Source: Thalia democratica
Lineage: Eukaryota
NCBI GenBank assembly: GCA_965202585.1
Contig: OZ241826.1
Coordinates: 104,532,001 to 104,596,000, forward strand
Direction of reading: 5' to 3'
Length of the DNA stretch: 64,000 nt
Shown: positions 38,601 through 51,911 of the stretch, piece after piece
How the letters are laid out: each line of letters opens with the position of its first letter
Position numbering within the stretch: the stretch's first letter is position 1
Made by a program: the position numbers and the translations under genes
The notes under the pieces: model-generated
The model's input: the letters and a program-made list of their open reading frames with translations, nothing else
What the model was told of the DNA's origin: nothing
Databases searched by the model: none

Positions 38601-41600
38601 AAAATTTAGGTTACTAAAAATAAATTTGTGTAACCGTATAGTGCGATTTTACAACCTTCTTTATGCAATTTGTTAAAAAAAAACTCTATTTTTCAAACAT
38701 CCTAGTTTACTGTATTTAGCAGTAATTTGTAACTAACTTAATTTTCTGTAACCATAAGGTAAGGACTAGCTAAAGTTGTGTTAAGTTAGTTTCAACTGCT
38801 TTTTATACTAAACGTGCCCTACGATTAGGACATTGCTTCACAGGTTTAGTTAATGTACTATATGTATGTGCATATATATTGAAAATATAAAATTAAAAAT
38901 TAAACTTATCATACGCTTAGAGATTTAGTAATATTTTTCGTGCAAATGTTTTAAGCTATTGAGTAGTAAGTTAATAAAAATAAATATAAAATAAACATCT
39001 TAACCTACCATTCTTATAGGGCATCGTGAAACAGTTTTGGGTCATATATTAAATATGTTTTTATTGAAAGTATTAATGATTAAATACGAACGTACCATTC
39101 TGTTAGGGCATGGTGACACAGGTTTGGTACATCCGCAATTTTGTCTGATGGAGTTTTGAGTTATCACCTTACCTTTGTAGCATCCCAGAAAGTATGGAAA
39201 CTTTGCAGTTATGTGGTATCTGTTATTGAGTTTGTTACTTGAACTTTGCATGGAAACATGTATACTTCAGTTTTTATATAAGCTTTGTTAAAAAGCTTTA
39301 AAAGTACGTTCAAATTTGAATTGAAGTATATTGCAACTTCAAAACAATATTAATATAGGGAATATGAAGCAACAAAAATGTTGAATATTTAAATGTAAGT
39401 TGTTTTCAGATAAAACTACTTTATAAAGTACTGTCAAGTTGATGCTTTATAGCAATAATCATTTGATAGAAGCGCTAAAAACCTAAACTAACTTGTAATT
39501 TCCATTTCGATCTTCTCTTCCGTTGCATTCATCCAGATCTTCAGGTCTGATCTCGTTACCAAGTTCATCATTTGGTCCGTAAATCGGAAAACCATCGAAT
39601 GCAACTCCTGAAAAAAATATCGAAAACTGTTTAATGCCAACCCTTTTAAGAATTAAAAGTTAAGGTTGATACTTTGTATGATTTTCTTAAATGATACTTT
39701 CTATTGTTTGGTGCTGTTTAAAATTACTTTAGTTGTAAGTATCTACTCTCAATGTGATATTCATAACCACAACTAGTAAAAAGAATTGTGACGTCATATA
39801 TAGTTTGGCTAAGAAGCATTATTACAAATATTCTCAAACGAACAAAGCGGCGACAGCGTGTTGAAACATTAAAAATTTCTTTTATCAGGTGGAACCAAAA
39901 CACAGTGGGTACATTACGGTGATGGTAATAAAAAGTTAACATAAAACAGGTCACCAACCCACTATTTCTGATGGGACCCCACAGTAATTTTTGAACAGAC
40001 ACAAGGGGGCGGTGTGGTAGTGGTAAGTGTTGCCTGGTGATGGGTGACCCCAGCATTCGTCGAACAAATTCAGTTCTTCCGCACCTGAAAAGATAAACAA
40101 ATAATAATAAGAGTTGTCGAATAAGTTCAATTATTGGGCACCTGAATCAATTAAATAAATTTTGTTTGTTTTTCCTTAAATTTTTAGAACTTATATTTAA
40201 CACGACGTAATAGTGTTACTAAAACAGTTGAAAAACTTGGTGTTTGGTTTTCGGTACTAATGTAAAACGTTAGTACTATCAAAATGACTAAATCAACAAA
40301 GTTTAAAGTTATTACCAAGTAAAAAAAGAATTAAGTTAGTAATTTAGATAAATTTTAAAGCTTTATTTTTGTATAAGTTGAATGTGCTTTAAAGATAAAA
40401 ACTCTATACAAACGCTGAATATGGTAATATATCAAACATGTTAAAAAAATATAAAATTTTAATAAATATAAAAAACATAAAGTAATAAAATAGACATAAA
40501 CAATTAGTGTATTTTCTAACCAGCAAAATGTAATATAGGAACAAATTGAATGATATTTCAACAACAATAAAATGCAAGTTCAACAAATAAAACAACTACA
40601 TACCTGCATCACAACAGTTTCTGGTGTACGGGTTGTAAATTGGCACTCCGTTTACTGCCACCCCAATGGGCCCCATATTCAGACATCCGGGTGTGTCGGC
40701 AAATTCTGGGTTTTTGGGTATTACCCACGAATTTTGTTTCGCTTGAATGAAGTTGGGAGATCCCATGCCTCCGTTGAATGCTCCTGGAGTGATTAATTAA
40801 TAAAAAAAAAATAAAAAGGAAAAAAAAAGTTAAGTAAACAAATGTTTGTACATTATGTTTTATATACTACAAACCATACATTAAATTGTTAAAAAAAATA
40901 GGGAAGAACAAAAAAGTTTTTTTGATTAAAGTTAGGAGAACCTTTACCTCCGTGGAATGCGTCTTGAATAAATTTTATTGAAGATTTTTGTACAAATTAC
41001 TAACTATTGGTTGTATTTTTATTTAAACATTAAAAAAAGATAGCTAGTTCTACTTTAAAAGAAAATATTTTATTTAAAAAAAACATTTTAAACTGTATAT
41101 TTATTTTATAACAGAAGAAAATGTGAAATAATGCAACTATACGTTGTATAAGTTTAGTTAATTATCAATTTGTTTTTTAAGTAGCATTGTGTTCTATTTA
41201 AAATTTTTGAGTTAAAATAGTGGAATAAAATTATGCATTGAGTGCTGCAACAAATGAAACGAGAGAATTAGCTGAATTGCAGCATAATTTTTGCAAAGAC
41301 GGTTTTCGCTTAAAAGTATGTCTAGCACTTAAACTGTTGTACGCCAGAACCTTAATGTTATAAAACAAACAACTTTCTTAACTAAATTTAATTAATATTT
41401 TTACTTAAATCACATTGAGGTATATTTACATCAACAGAAAACATTTATGTTACCTGTAGGATGATCTGGCACACCGTTGCTTGAAATTAAATAAGTTAGA
41501 TCATCATTGTCTTGTATAGTGATTGTACCCTAGAAAATAACTAATGATTAATATTTCTAAAAGAACTACGCTAGAATTTATTAAACATTGTTTTTTTATA

Positions 41601-42053
41601 AATTTTTACTGCTACAAACGCATATATAATTTTTTAACTGTTTCCTAAACAAAATAGTTTGAAGTTAAAAACTCAAGAAAATAGATTATACTGCTTTAAA
41701 TGTTTAATCAACTATTTTCGTTAAAAAAAGGTTTTAATCATATACCGAATTTAAATAGATTTTAACTTTATTTAGTACTTTAAGTTAACATATTACAAGC
41801 TGATAACCATTCTATACTTAATCCTAAAAATTTGAATCTTTCCTTATCAGTTCTAATGTTCAGACATGAAAAAAATGTAATTTAAAGACTGTTCAACTAA
41901 GTAGTAATGCTTCTTAATTCTATAAAAACAATAAACCTTAACTCCGGTGTTTTGATTGGTGTGATCTCTCGATTGAAACCTCAACGTTTCTTCAAAACTG
42001 AGCGAAAAACAAGAATGCACGAAAATAATCAACAAAACAAATATGTACTTCAT
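35654..42053 (-). CDS. Secreted YHYH-domain protein with Gly/Pro/Met/Arg-rich low-complexity C-terminal region, 476 aa, 10 exons
   Basis: Minus-strand exons chain in frame with GT-AG: 42053-41937, 41529-41454, 40783-40604, 40084-39959, 39607-39493, 39219-39096, 37116-36960, 36780-36625, 36394-36200, 35838-35654 (TAA). Signal-peptide-like start MKYIFVLLIIFVHSCFS. YHYH-family motifs SNGVPDHPTG, GPIGVAVNGVPIYNP, DECWGHPSPGNTYHYH, GVAFDGFPIYGP, LDECNG, YHITAKFPYFLGCYKG. Tail of MRPG/FGGP/RPGG repeats ending MQMFQNFLRSLGMNN*. Confidence 0.88.
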
Positions 42054-42150
42054 AGTTATTAAATTGACTGTTGGAAGTATTGAACTTTAATATAATCAAA
42101 AAGAATACTAGTTTTTAAAATTTTAAACATATGTCTGCTAATTTTAATTT

Positions 42151-42836
42151 TTATACATAAAACAAGTCTTTTTCAACAACACATATATATTTCAACAATT
42201 TTCTTCAATGTGATTACAATTGTAACAAGGTAAAACAAATTTTAAACTTATATAGCCTTTTTAATTATATGAGAAATTATCAATCAAATAGCAAAAAAAA
42301 ACCCTAAACTATAACAAAAAAAAAAATTAAAAACAACAAGGAAAACGTAATTAACTGTAACAATTTAAAACAAAACAAAATTAGTCTAATTTAAACAAGG
42401 ATAATGAGTAATCAAATTCTCTTTGTTTGCATAATTCTGGCTTGTTTAAGTGAATATAAATAGCTTCTATTTTAATTAAATCAAAAATGTTTGTGCAACT
42501 TCTTAAAACTTTGAACTTTGTCTCACTGTAATTATTACCACATTTAGGATTTTTTATGCAAACAAAGAGAATTTGATTACTCATTATCCTTGTTTAAATT
42601 AGACTAATTTTGTTTTGTTTTAAATTGTTACAGTTAATTACGTTTTCCTTGTTGTTTTTAATTTTTTTTTTGTTATAGTTTAGGGTTTTTTTTTGCTATT
42701 TGATTGATAATTTCTCATATAATTAAAAAGGCTATATAAGTTTAAAATTTGTTTTACCTTGTTACAATTGTAATCACACTGAAGAAAATTGTTGAAATAT
42801 ATATGTGTTGTTGAAAAAGACTTGTTTTATGTATAA
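42151..42836. repeat. Near-perfect long inverted repeat (foldback), about 284-bp arms with a 119-bp spacer
   Basis: 42151-42434 is the reverse complement of 42554-42836; I saw one substitution and a homopolymer-length difference. Confidence 0.93.
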
Positions 42837-43796
42837 GAATACTAGTTGTTAAATTGACAGTTGGAAATATTAAAGTGTAATACAATTAAAAAAAAATAGT
42901 TGTGAAAATGCACAGTTTTGAAAATAGCAGACGAGCTTGTTATTTATCTAACTACTTTAAACAAAATATAACATATAAACTGCAATCTTTGCCATTTACG
43001 CAATTCTATCTTGTTGGTTCAAATTAAAAACATTTCAAACCGATATATTAGTTTTCACACCGACATTTTTAATAACGTTACTTACAATACTAAAAATAAG
43101 TTCATTAATAAATTGACAGCCTACCGGTTTTTATACAGATTGTAATATTGAAAAGCGTTTAATATATAATAAGTTGATAAACTTTATTAAAACGTTAACA
43201 TTTTGTTAAAAAGTTTCTAAAAAACCTTAAAACTGTTATCAATCTTATTAAAACCAATTTATGTTTCAAGTTAAAACATTACTGTTAAAAGTTCAAACAC
43301 AATTGAAACTGCTACTGAAACCTTCTACTTATACTGATAAATTATCATTTGCCCCGAAGCATTTCTTCAAATGTACCGGCTATTTTTACACTATACGCGC
43401 GCGATATTAATATCGAAAGTTAGTTAATTTTGCAAATTATTTACCGCGCAATCCGATATCAATTGTTACGTATTATGAATAACTTTTTGTAGTCAGAACT
43501 TTTGGAAGGAGTTTTTGAGCTAAAAATATGTTGAACTCTAGTTTGGAAATTTAGTTATTTGAAACATTCACTTCAAAAATATTTTGTCGGAAAAAAATTA
43601 CAAGCTGGTTTGGTTTAAGATAGTGGGACGTTAAATATTTAAACAAATTAATAAATAAATAAACTAACACTCATTACTAAAAAAATTAACTAGAACTTTT
43701 ACAATATTTATGCAACCTTAAATATTTTTTATACAGTACATATATTTTGATGCCAAAGCAAAATTAATTTCTTCAAAATATTTCTTATTTCTAATC

Positions 43797-44513
43797 ATGG
43801 ATAGGAAGTTTAGGTGGTTTTTAACATTGCGATTTTTGGATATACAAATAAATGTTAAATAACTTTGCGGAATTGAAAAGATAACTTCTAGTTCATTTGG
43901 AATCCTGAAACTTTAAGTTTAATATTAAATAAAAAAAATTTAATTAACATTTAAATTAAAAATAGACCACGCTAATAAAACCTCTGAAGAGGGAACCTGT
44001 AAAGTTTCAGGATTCCAAATAAACTAGAAATTACCTTTTCAATTCCGCAAAGTAATATAATACAGTTTTTACTAAACTAGCTAGCGTTAATATTGCGTTC
44101 AAGTATGTAGATTTAAATTACAATTAAATATAAAAATGTTGAATAAAATTAAAAAAAAAAAAAGATCGCGCTTCTAAAACCTCTGAAAAAGAGTCCTGTA
44201 AAGTTTTAGGATTCCAAATAAACTAGAAGTTACCTTTTCAATTCCGCAAAGTAATATAAGACAGTTTTTACTAGACTAGCTAGCGTTAATATTGCGTTCA
44301 AGTATGTAGATTTAAATTATAATTGAATAAAAAAAATTCTATAAAATAAAAAATAAAAATAGATCACGATTTTAAAACCTCTGAAGAGGAATCTTGTAAA
44401 GTTTCAGGATTCCTAATGAACTAGTAGTTACCTTTTTAATTCCGCAAAATTATTTAACATTTCTTTTATAAACAAATATCGCAATGTCAAATATCACCTA
44501 ATCTTCTTATCTA
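43797..44513. repeat. Degenerate foldback element with an internal 3 x about 198-bp tandem repeat
   Basis: TTTGCGGAATTGAAAAG...GGAATCCTGAAACTTTA (about 43863-43915) is inverted relative to three tandem copies anchored on CCTCTGAA at 43981, 44180, 44378. Confidence 0.75.
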
Positions 44514-47500
44514 TTTTGTAATCATTTAAAAATAACTCTTGTTCAATTGTTAAACAAAATTTTTAATCCAAATAGACTTTTTTCTAAATCAATCTAAAAA
44601 ACAAAACTTTCAACGAATATAGACGAACCCGTAATATGACTCATAAAATAAGAAGAGCAAAACAATAAAAAAGTAAAACACAATCTAAAGTCAAGATCAG
44701 ACCCGTCATCTAACTAAACTTAGATGTATCAAAAATTGAAGAAGTAATTAAACTAAAAAATAATTTAACTGTAACGCACAATTATAATTAATCCTAAATG
44801 CCTGCGTAAATAATTTTTCATTTTTCACTTTACTGAAAGCATTTAACTAGAAAATCTATGATTCTGTTAATAACTTCAAATTCTATTTTACCTAAATAAA
44901 AAAAATAGTATTTATCTCTTTTATAAGCTCATAAATATGATGCTAAGCCAAAAGTAGTAAATTCATTTATAAAGTTTCAACATATATCTGTAAGTTTTAA
45001 CAATAAGTAAGTGAATGTAAATGCAAATTAGATAAACTTAAATAAAAAAGTATGATAAGTTTCTAAAGATACGTTGAAAACTTTATGAGATGAAACAAAC
45101 CTAATGTTTAAATAATGAAACAAATTAATTTTTGGTACCACTGTATATTTAAACAAAATCACATGTGCTTTACTAAGCGCTTTTGTGGATAAAGTAACTT
45201 TTAAACTAACTGCTGGTCGTAGCATTAGTAAAAGTAAAGAAACCTAGTTAATTGTTATCCCTAATGTGATCAAAATACAGGTTTAGAAAAAACTAAATTT
45301 TAATTATGCAGTATAGATAAACTTCTAAAGTGTGTTTTGCATTGCTTTCCAATCTTTGTAAAATAAAACTAGAACAAAAAGTTATTATTATTTTATTTTA
45401 TTGATGACATTTTGTATTAGAAGTTTAAAAAAAAGTTCAAATACTTAACTTTTTAAAGCCTAATAAATATGGTTTAATGAAAAGAAGAATGACAAAAAAA
45501 ACTTCTTTATTTCTTCTAAATTTAAAAAACAAGTGAAAATGAAACAAATTATAAAGTAAGTAAATAAAATAGTGAACTTTTTCTTCTTAAATCTTTAAGG
45601 TTTGGTAAAAAAAACATACTTTTTAATGATACTGTATTTTTGTTTTGTGTTATCATTTTGGTTTAAACTTACTTCTATTAATTCAAATTTAATTTCAAAA
45701 ATTTGTATAGAATTTTGTATTTCATACTTAATAAAAAAAGTACTGTTTTTTTTAATTATTAAAAGTTTTTCTTAGCTTGTATTTTTTTTTTCATTTTTAA
45801 AAAGTGTTATAAAAAAAAAAATTAGTAAATAATTTAGTAGTTTTTAACAGTTTATTAATTTTCACAGTTAATACTTTTTGATCAAAACTGTAAAATGTCT
45901 TTTATTTAACTATTGGTTTGAAATACACCTAATCGATTTAAAATTGACGATTGGGAGTTACAAAATTTCACATGCTCAAACAATTTGTCGCGAAAACTGA
46001 AAATATAAGTAGTAGTGGCTACTTTATTAGTATTACTCAGAAATTTTTGTGAATATATTATAGATCTAAATTTGTACTTTCTACCTTTTGGAATTCAAAT
46101 TAACTTAATATTGTTTTTGTTTTTTGATTTAGCTGATTGTTTTTTATACTTATACTTGAGTTGAAAACAAACCAGCTTGTTGACCTTACAAAAGTTTGAA
46201 AATTTCAATATTCAAGTGATTTAAGTCGCTTAAAAATGTTAAACATTTCTTAAACTTGATTACGAAGTTTAACAATTGAATAAAATTTTCAAACTATTTA
46301 ATATAAAATCTTATTGTAAAACAAACTTTAATTTAAATTTAAAGTTGTTTTTTTCACTATTTAATTCACTAACATATCCGTTTTCACTAAGTAGTTCACT
46401 AAAAAAGTGTTTAACTTAAAGTTTAAGTAGAAGTCAGTTTTAACTTAAAATACATCAATCCTAGTGATGCAACAAAACTTACAAGCTGTGCTTGTAAAAA
46501 TAAATTAAATTTAATAAATGTATATTTACTACTAACAGATAAATAACTGATTTATTTACTATTAATATGTAAAATATTGTTAAAACAAAATTTAATTTAT
46601 TAAGATTAAAACTTTATAGTATAGTTCTGAAGCTTTCTTACATAAGTAAACCATGATAATTGTTTAAAATAAAAATTTATCTTGGCTTAAAAATAAAACT
46701 GACAACAATAATAAATATTTTTTTTTTGTTAAACTTTTATATTTATAAGTCACTGTCTTATAATTTAATGTTGTATAACCATAATAAATTATTATGTAAG
46801 ATAAACTTATGCAATACGCTGTTAAACAAAATGTTCAGTTGTATAAAAAATCATAAAGTATTAATAAAAAACTCTAGTTAAAACTTTTATTTTAATCTTA
46901 AAACATTAGTTAAAGCACTTAAAAAAATATTGTTATCATACTATGATTTTTTTTAACATATTTTTTTTCACTAATTTTTAACTTTGAAACAAAACGGAGT
47001 AAGCGTAAGATTATAAAAACGACTACAAATAAATTGTAAGACTTGTTTTTATAAAACTTATTTGTAAACTTGTAAAATAAATCACATTTTTAATGAGCTT
47101 ATTAGTATTTTGCAGTAAAGTTTAAGTTTTATTACAAACAAAACTATCTAAAAAAAAAAGAAAAAGTTACTTAAACTCAAACTATTACTTTTAAAACACA
47201 CTTAAGCTAAAATTATTATTAAAACATTTTTTGTATCAGTAAAAATGTTTCTAGAGTTTAAAGCAGTTGATTTAACAAATACTTACAAAATTATGTATGT
47301 TTTACTTTGTTTCTTAAAATTCTTTTTAAATTATGATACTCATTTAAAGCTTACGTATTAATTAAATTAAACAATGTTTTTTAAACTATTTTTGTAATTG
47401 TTTAACAAATGTTTAGTATACACATACTCAATCTAATCTAATGCGACTAAAGTGATGTGTTCAACTCTTTGTAAAACGTAAGTAACATTTTGTAACTATA

Positions 47501-48799
47501 CTTTAAGAATTAACATTAGTTATGTTTATTAATCCTCCAGATTTAACAAAATTTACTGAAAAATGTTAAAATATAAAGAACTAATTGTCAAAGTAATTTC
47601 AACTTATTTGTTGAGTTAACTAAAATTTTTGTATAAACATTCAAAGTATTGTGTTAAAAGTATTACCTGTAAAGATTACATTGACATAAAAAACAACTTT
47701 TTCAATATATGCTAAAAGTATTATAATGAAATATAAACATTAAATACCTCAACAAGTTTTGCCAACAGTATAAGATGTTCAAGCATAAAACATAAAGTTA
47801 TACGTTGTTAATTTGTTTATTTAAAGAAAATCGCAACAGATTAATTATTTTTTTTGATAATTCTAACAAACATAAATCTACTTAAATAACGTTTGACCTC
47901 ATTTGACAAAATCTTTGCAAATATCAAAACCAATTTAAATATAAAAAATATGCTTCTTAAGTCTAATCCATCGAGTTTTGCTAAGAGTTTGTGACGGTCG
48001 TATGCTACAAATTAAGTTGTGTAAAAAAGTTTATATTTATAAATTTCTGTCACTTAATAACCATAATTGTCAACAGTATTGTCAAATAAAACCACGCAAA
48101 TAGAAAGCTTTTCGATTGTTAATAGGTTATATAAAGTATTACTAATTTAAAACTATTTACCAAGTTAAGCGCAGCTTTTTCAAAATTACTTTATCTATTT
48201 TTATTTTTTATTAGCTAGCAAACAATTGTTTAAATTTCTAATAAATAAACTAGTTAAGTCAAAGCTTTTTATTTGAAGTTAGTTTAATTTACTAAATAAT
48301 CTGATACTTAACTAAATTGTTTTACTTAATGAAAAAACAAAGAAAAAAAAGTATTTACTTAAATTCCATAAAAGAACTCGAGTTTTATTTAAAGTAGGTG
48401 CATAAATATTTGGCAACTGATATATATGGTTTAAAACTATTCATGGAGCTAATATTTTTTAGTTATTCAATAAACATAACTCTAAATAATAAAAAAAAAG
48501 AATTATACAAAATGTTTCGAAAATATCCAATAATTAGACAAAGCAGTTTAAATAAAGGTCCGGTAAACTTTGTTTTATAAGCTTTTTTTAGACATAGTCG
48601 TTTTGTTAAAACTTTAATTCAAAAATAATAAATAATAATTTTATTTTTACAACAAGCTATTTGAAAACTCACACTAGAGATTTTTACACACTGTGAAGCA
48701 ACTAGTGACGTCATTTTGAAACTCTTACTTTTCAACTTTACATTAAGTCTACTTATAGATGCTCTAAATTTAATAAGGATTACCAAAGATACTTTGAGT

Positions 48800-51397
48800 C
48801 AGGAGCGTAGCGTGGGTAGGGACGCTGGCGCATGCGTGCCACCCAAAAAAAAAGAAGTAAAAAAAAAACCAATATCTTTATCCTTTATTGTTTATTTTTT
48901 CTGCTTAATTTGCTTTTTTTCAACTATATTTTTCTAGTATTTAAAAAGTAAAACGTAATTTCGAATACCAATTAGTGACAAGCTAGGGAAATTACCCAGT
49001 ATACTGATTCGGTGCGTAATTGCAAATGCGCACCTATGTTGATGAAAAACTCCATAAGGAAACATTTTATAACTTCATTAACTTCATAAGAATTTAGACT
49101 CAAACAGTACGCAACTAGTTAGTGCACCGCAGTAGTATAACCTTATGACAGATTTTTTTACAAGGACAAATGTTAACATTTTGTTAACAAACCATAAAGC
49201 TAAACCTGTTTTATAGTGATAATGATTCAAGAATAAACAAATTGTAGGAAAAACTGCTCATAAAATAAAAATAAATTGATAATAAGAATAAAAAATATTA
49301 ACAACATAATTAAAAAAAAAAGTAACAAAAAACAGAAAAAAATAAAATAATAAATAAAAATAAATAATAAACAAACAGTTCATACTGTGATTACAGTTTT
49401 ATTCTTACTATACAAAAAGTATTGTTTAAATTATCTAAACTTAAAATTTTTATTAAAAGTTGTTTCTTTTTTATTAAGACAAGAAACAAATAAAACTTTG
49501 TTATTCTATCAGCCATAAAGTTTAAAAATTAAACAATTTTTGTAGCAAGTTATTTTAAAATTTCTTTAGTTACATCATGAATAAATTTATAGCAACTTGT
49601 AAAACAAAATTTTTACAAACAATTTTTAGTCTAAAAGGCATAATAGATTAATTTTAAATTTATTTAGTTTTAAATAAAATTTTAAATGGTATTTAAAAAA
49701 AATTCTTTCTATTAACTGTTTGTAGTATTTAAAAAATGCTATTCACTAAAGATCTTAGAAAAACAGATTTTAAGATAAGTGAAAAGTTATATTTCTCGAG
49801 AATTTTTCAAAGCATTGAAAAAGTTGAACTTAAAAAATTTATCTTTTAAACATTTTGTTTTGTATCAATAACATTTATTAAAATCTTTTCACACACTCAG
49901 GATAACTCAGGATTTTATAAAGTTTTGGAAAACTTTAGTATGTCTCAGTAAAAATCAGGATAACACAGAATGTTTTAAAATTTTTTAAGCTCAGGCTGAC
50001 TAAGGATAGACATGTTTTTTTTTAACTCAGGGTAGATTTAGTGGTTTTAAAAGCTTTGTTATAAAGCCTAGTTTCTATAAGTTTAAAAACAATAAAAAAA
50101 TTCTTTGAAAGAATTTAAAATGCTTATGATGCCACTTAACATAAAAAAACTACCTCAGGACAGTTATTTTGACTCAAAGAGTGGCAAGGCAATCCTGATG
50201 TCTTCAAAGCTAATTGTTTTTTGTTTTTTTTTTGTAAAATATGTTTTATTATACTAAAGAAAAAGTAAACACTTGTTTTTATTAATTTTTAGTATATTGT
50301 TTAAAAAAATATGCAAAGTAATATTGTATGGAATGTTGCAAGTCTAAAAATATGTCAGATAGTGAAATTATCAAAAGCTTAAATTGAAAAATAGCAGGCC
50401 AACATCAGATATTGCTATTACTCAAGACTGCAGTTTAAGTGGTATGAAATTTTTGTTTTTAATTTTGTTTATATTATAAATTTTCTTCATTTGTTAACAT
50501 TTATTTTTACAGTTTTATATTGTAATATAGGTAAAAATGTAGAAGTTAAAAAAAAACTAGGGCTTTAGATTCTTCTACAAAAAAATTAAAACTTTCAATT
50601 TTAATACTGAAAATTTAACATTTTTATAAATAAGATTAAAATAGTATATTAAAGCTGCAACAAACTAAAACTATGAGTTATTTTGAGTTTAATACAATTC
50701 TTTTCTGCTGATATAAAATAGATATTGAACATTATTTAGAAATTGCACAGAGAAAAATGTTTTGAGGTATTAATTGTTATACGTAGATGACTATTTATTT
50801 GTAGTTTAAGGCCACAGGGGGGGTTAAGCCATGTTTTTTAGATGTTGATCTTATTTTATAGATTTTTTTTAACCTTTAAGATGCTTTTTGATGTTTAAAA
50901 AAATTCGAACTATTTTTTGAGATATGACCAGTTAAAGTCAGCCGCATAATAGGTTCCCTATGGGAAGGGAAAACTAAAACAGCGAAAAAAGGCTAATTTT
51001 TTAAAATCTATCTCCTAATTCATTTTTTAAGCAATCTTCTTCAAACTTTAACATTTAAATCTTTATACAATAACAAAAAAAAATTACTTGTGAATTTAAA
51101 AATTTGTAGTAAAAAGATATTTTTTTTTGAAAAAAAAAGACTATTTTTTATGAAGTTTTTATTTATTTTAATTATCTAAATTCATAAGTAAATTTTTTTC
51201 TTGTAATGTAAGGAACATTTTCTAAAATTTGAAGAAGATTGTTTGAAAAAGGAAGTAGGAGATAGATTATTAGTAATGTTTTAAATTTCTAAGAAAATTG
51301 ACCCCGAAAAATTTGCGGCCCAAAAGTTTTTATTTAGGGGATTTTTTGAGAAAAAAATTTGCGCACCCCCTGACCAAAATACTACGCTACGCCACTG
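48800..51397. mobile_element. hAT-like non-autonomous element, 8-bp TSD CTTTGAGT
   Basis: CAGGAGCGTAGCGTGG ... CTACGCTACGCCACTG; perfect CTTTGAGT duplication; same family as 53275-54331 but longer. Confidence 0.85.
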
Positions 51398-51911
51398 CTT
51401 TGAGTAATGTCAATTTTTTTGACGCTGTTGAAAAACCGTAAGCATTTTTAGTTTTAATAACTATGAACAATAATTGCTTGCAAAGTTTAAACTTTTATTT
51501 TAAGTTGTAGTCGTTATTATTGAGCTTATTAACTTAATATATTATTTAAATTGAAAAACTAAACATGATTGTAATAATTTTAAAAAATCTAGTTCTTGCA
51601 TTTATATTGACCAAAGTAAAATAAGTTACAAATTTGCTAGTGAGAAACATTTCAATCGGACTAAAAACTTTATTAAAGTCTATTTATAAAGTGATATACT
51701 ATACATGAAACTAAAGAATGACCTAAACTAATTTTTGTATATTAAAACAAAAACCAGAAGTTTCTTGTTGAGTACATGTCTTTTTGACATTATTAATAAA
51801 ACTTATAACACTTATTTTTTAAGCATTTTAAAGGTAAGTAGACCTGAGTGAGCTATTCTGAATAATGTTCTACATATATAAACTTAAATTGCTTTTAAAG
51901 TAGTTTTAGTA

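Noticed and set aside
42381-42584. 67-aa ORF in the foldback
   Set aside because: Spans the arm and spacer of a non-coding inverted repeat, with no homology cues.
44520-48790. AT-rich ORFs (45028-45225, 46660-46881, 48398-48580) as genes
   Set aside because: Low-complexity K/N/I/L/F composition expected by chance at this AT content; no splice-consistent chain found.
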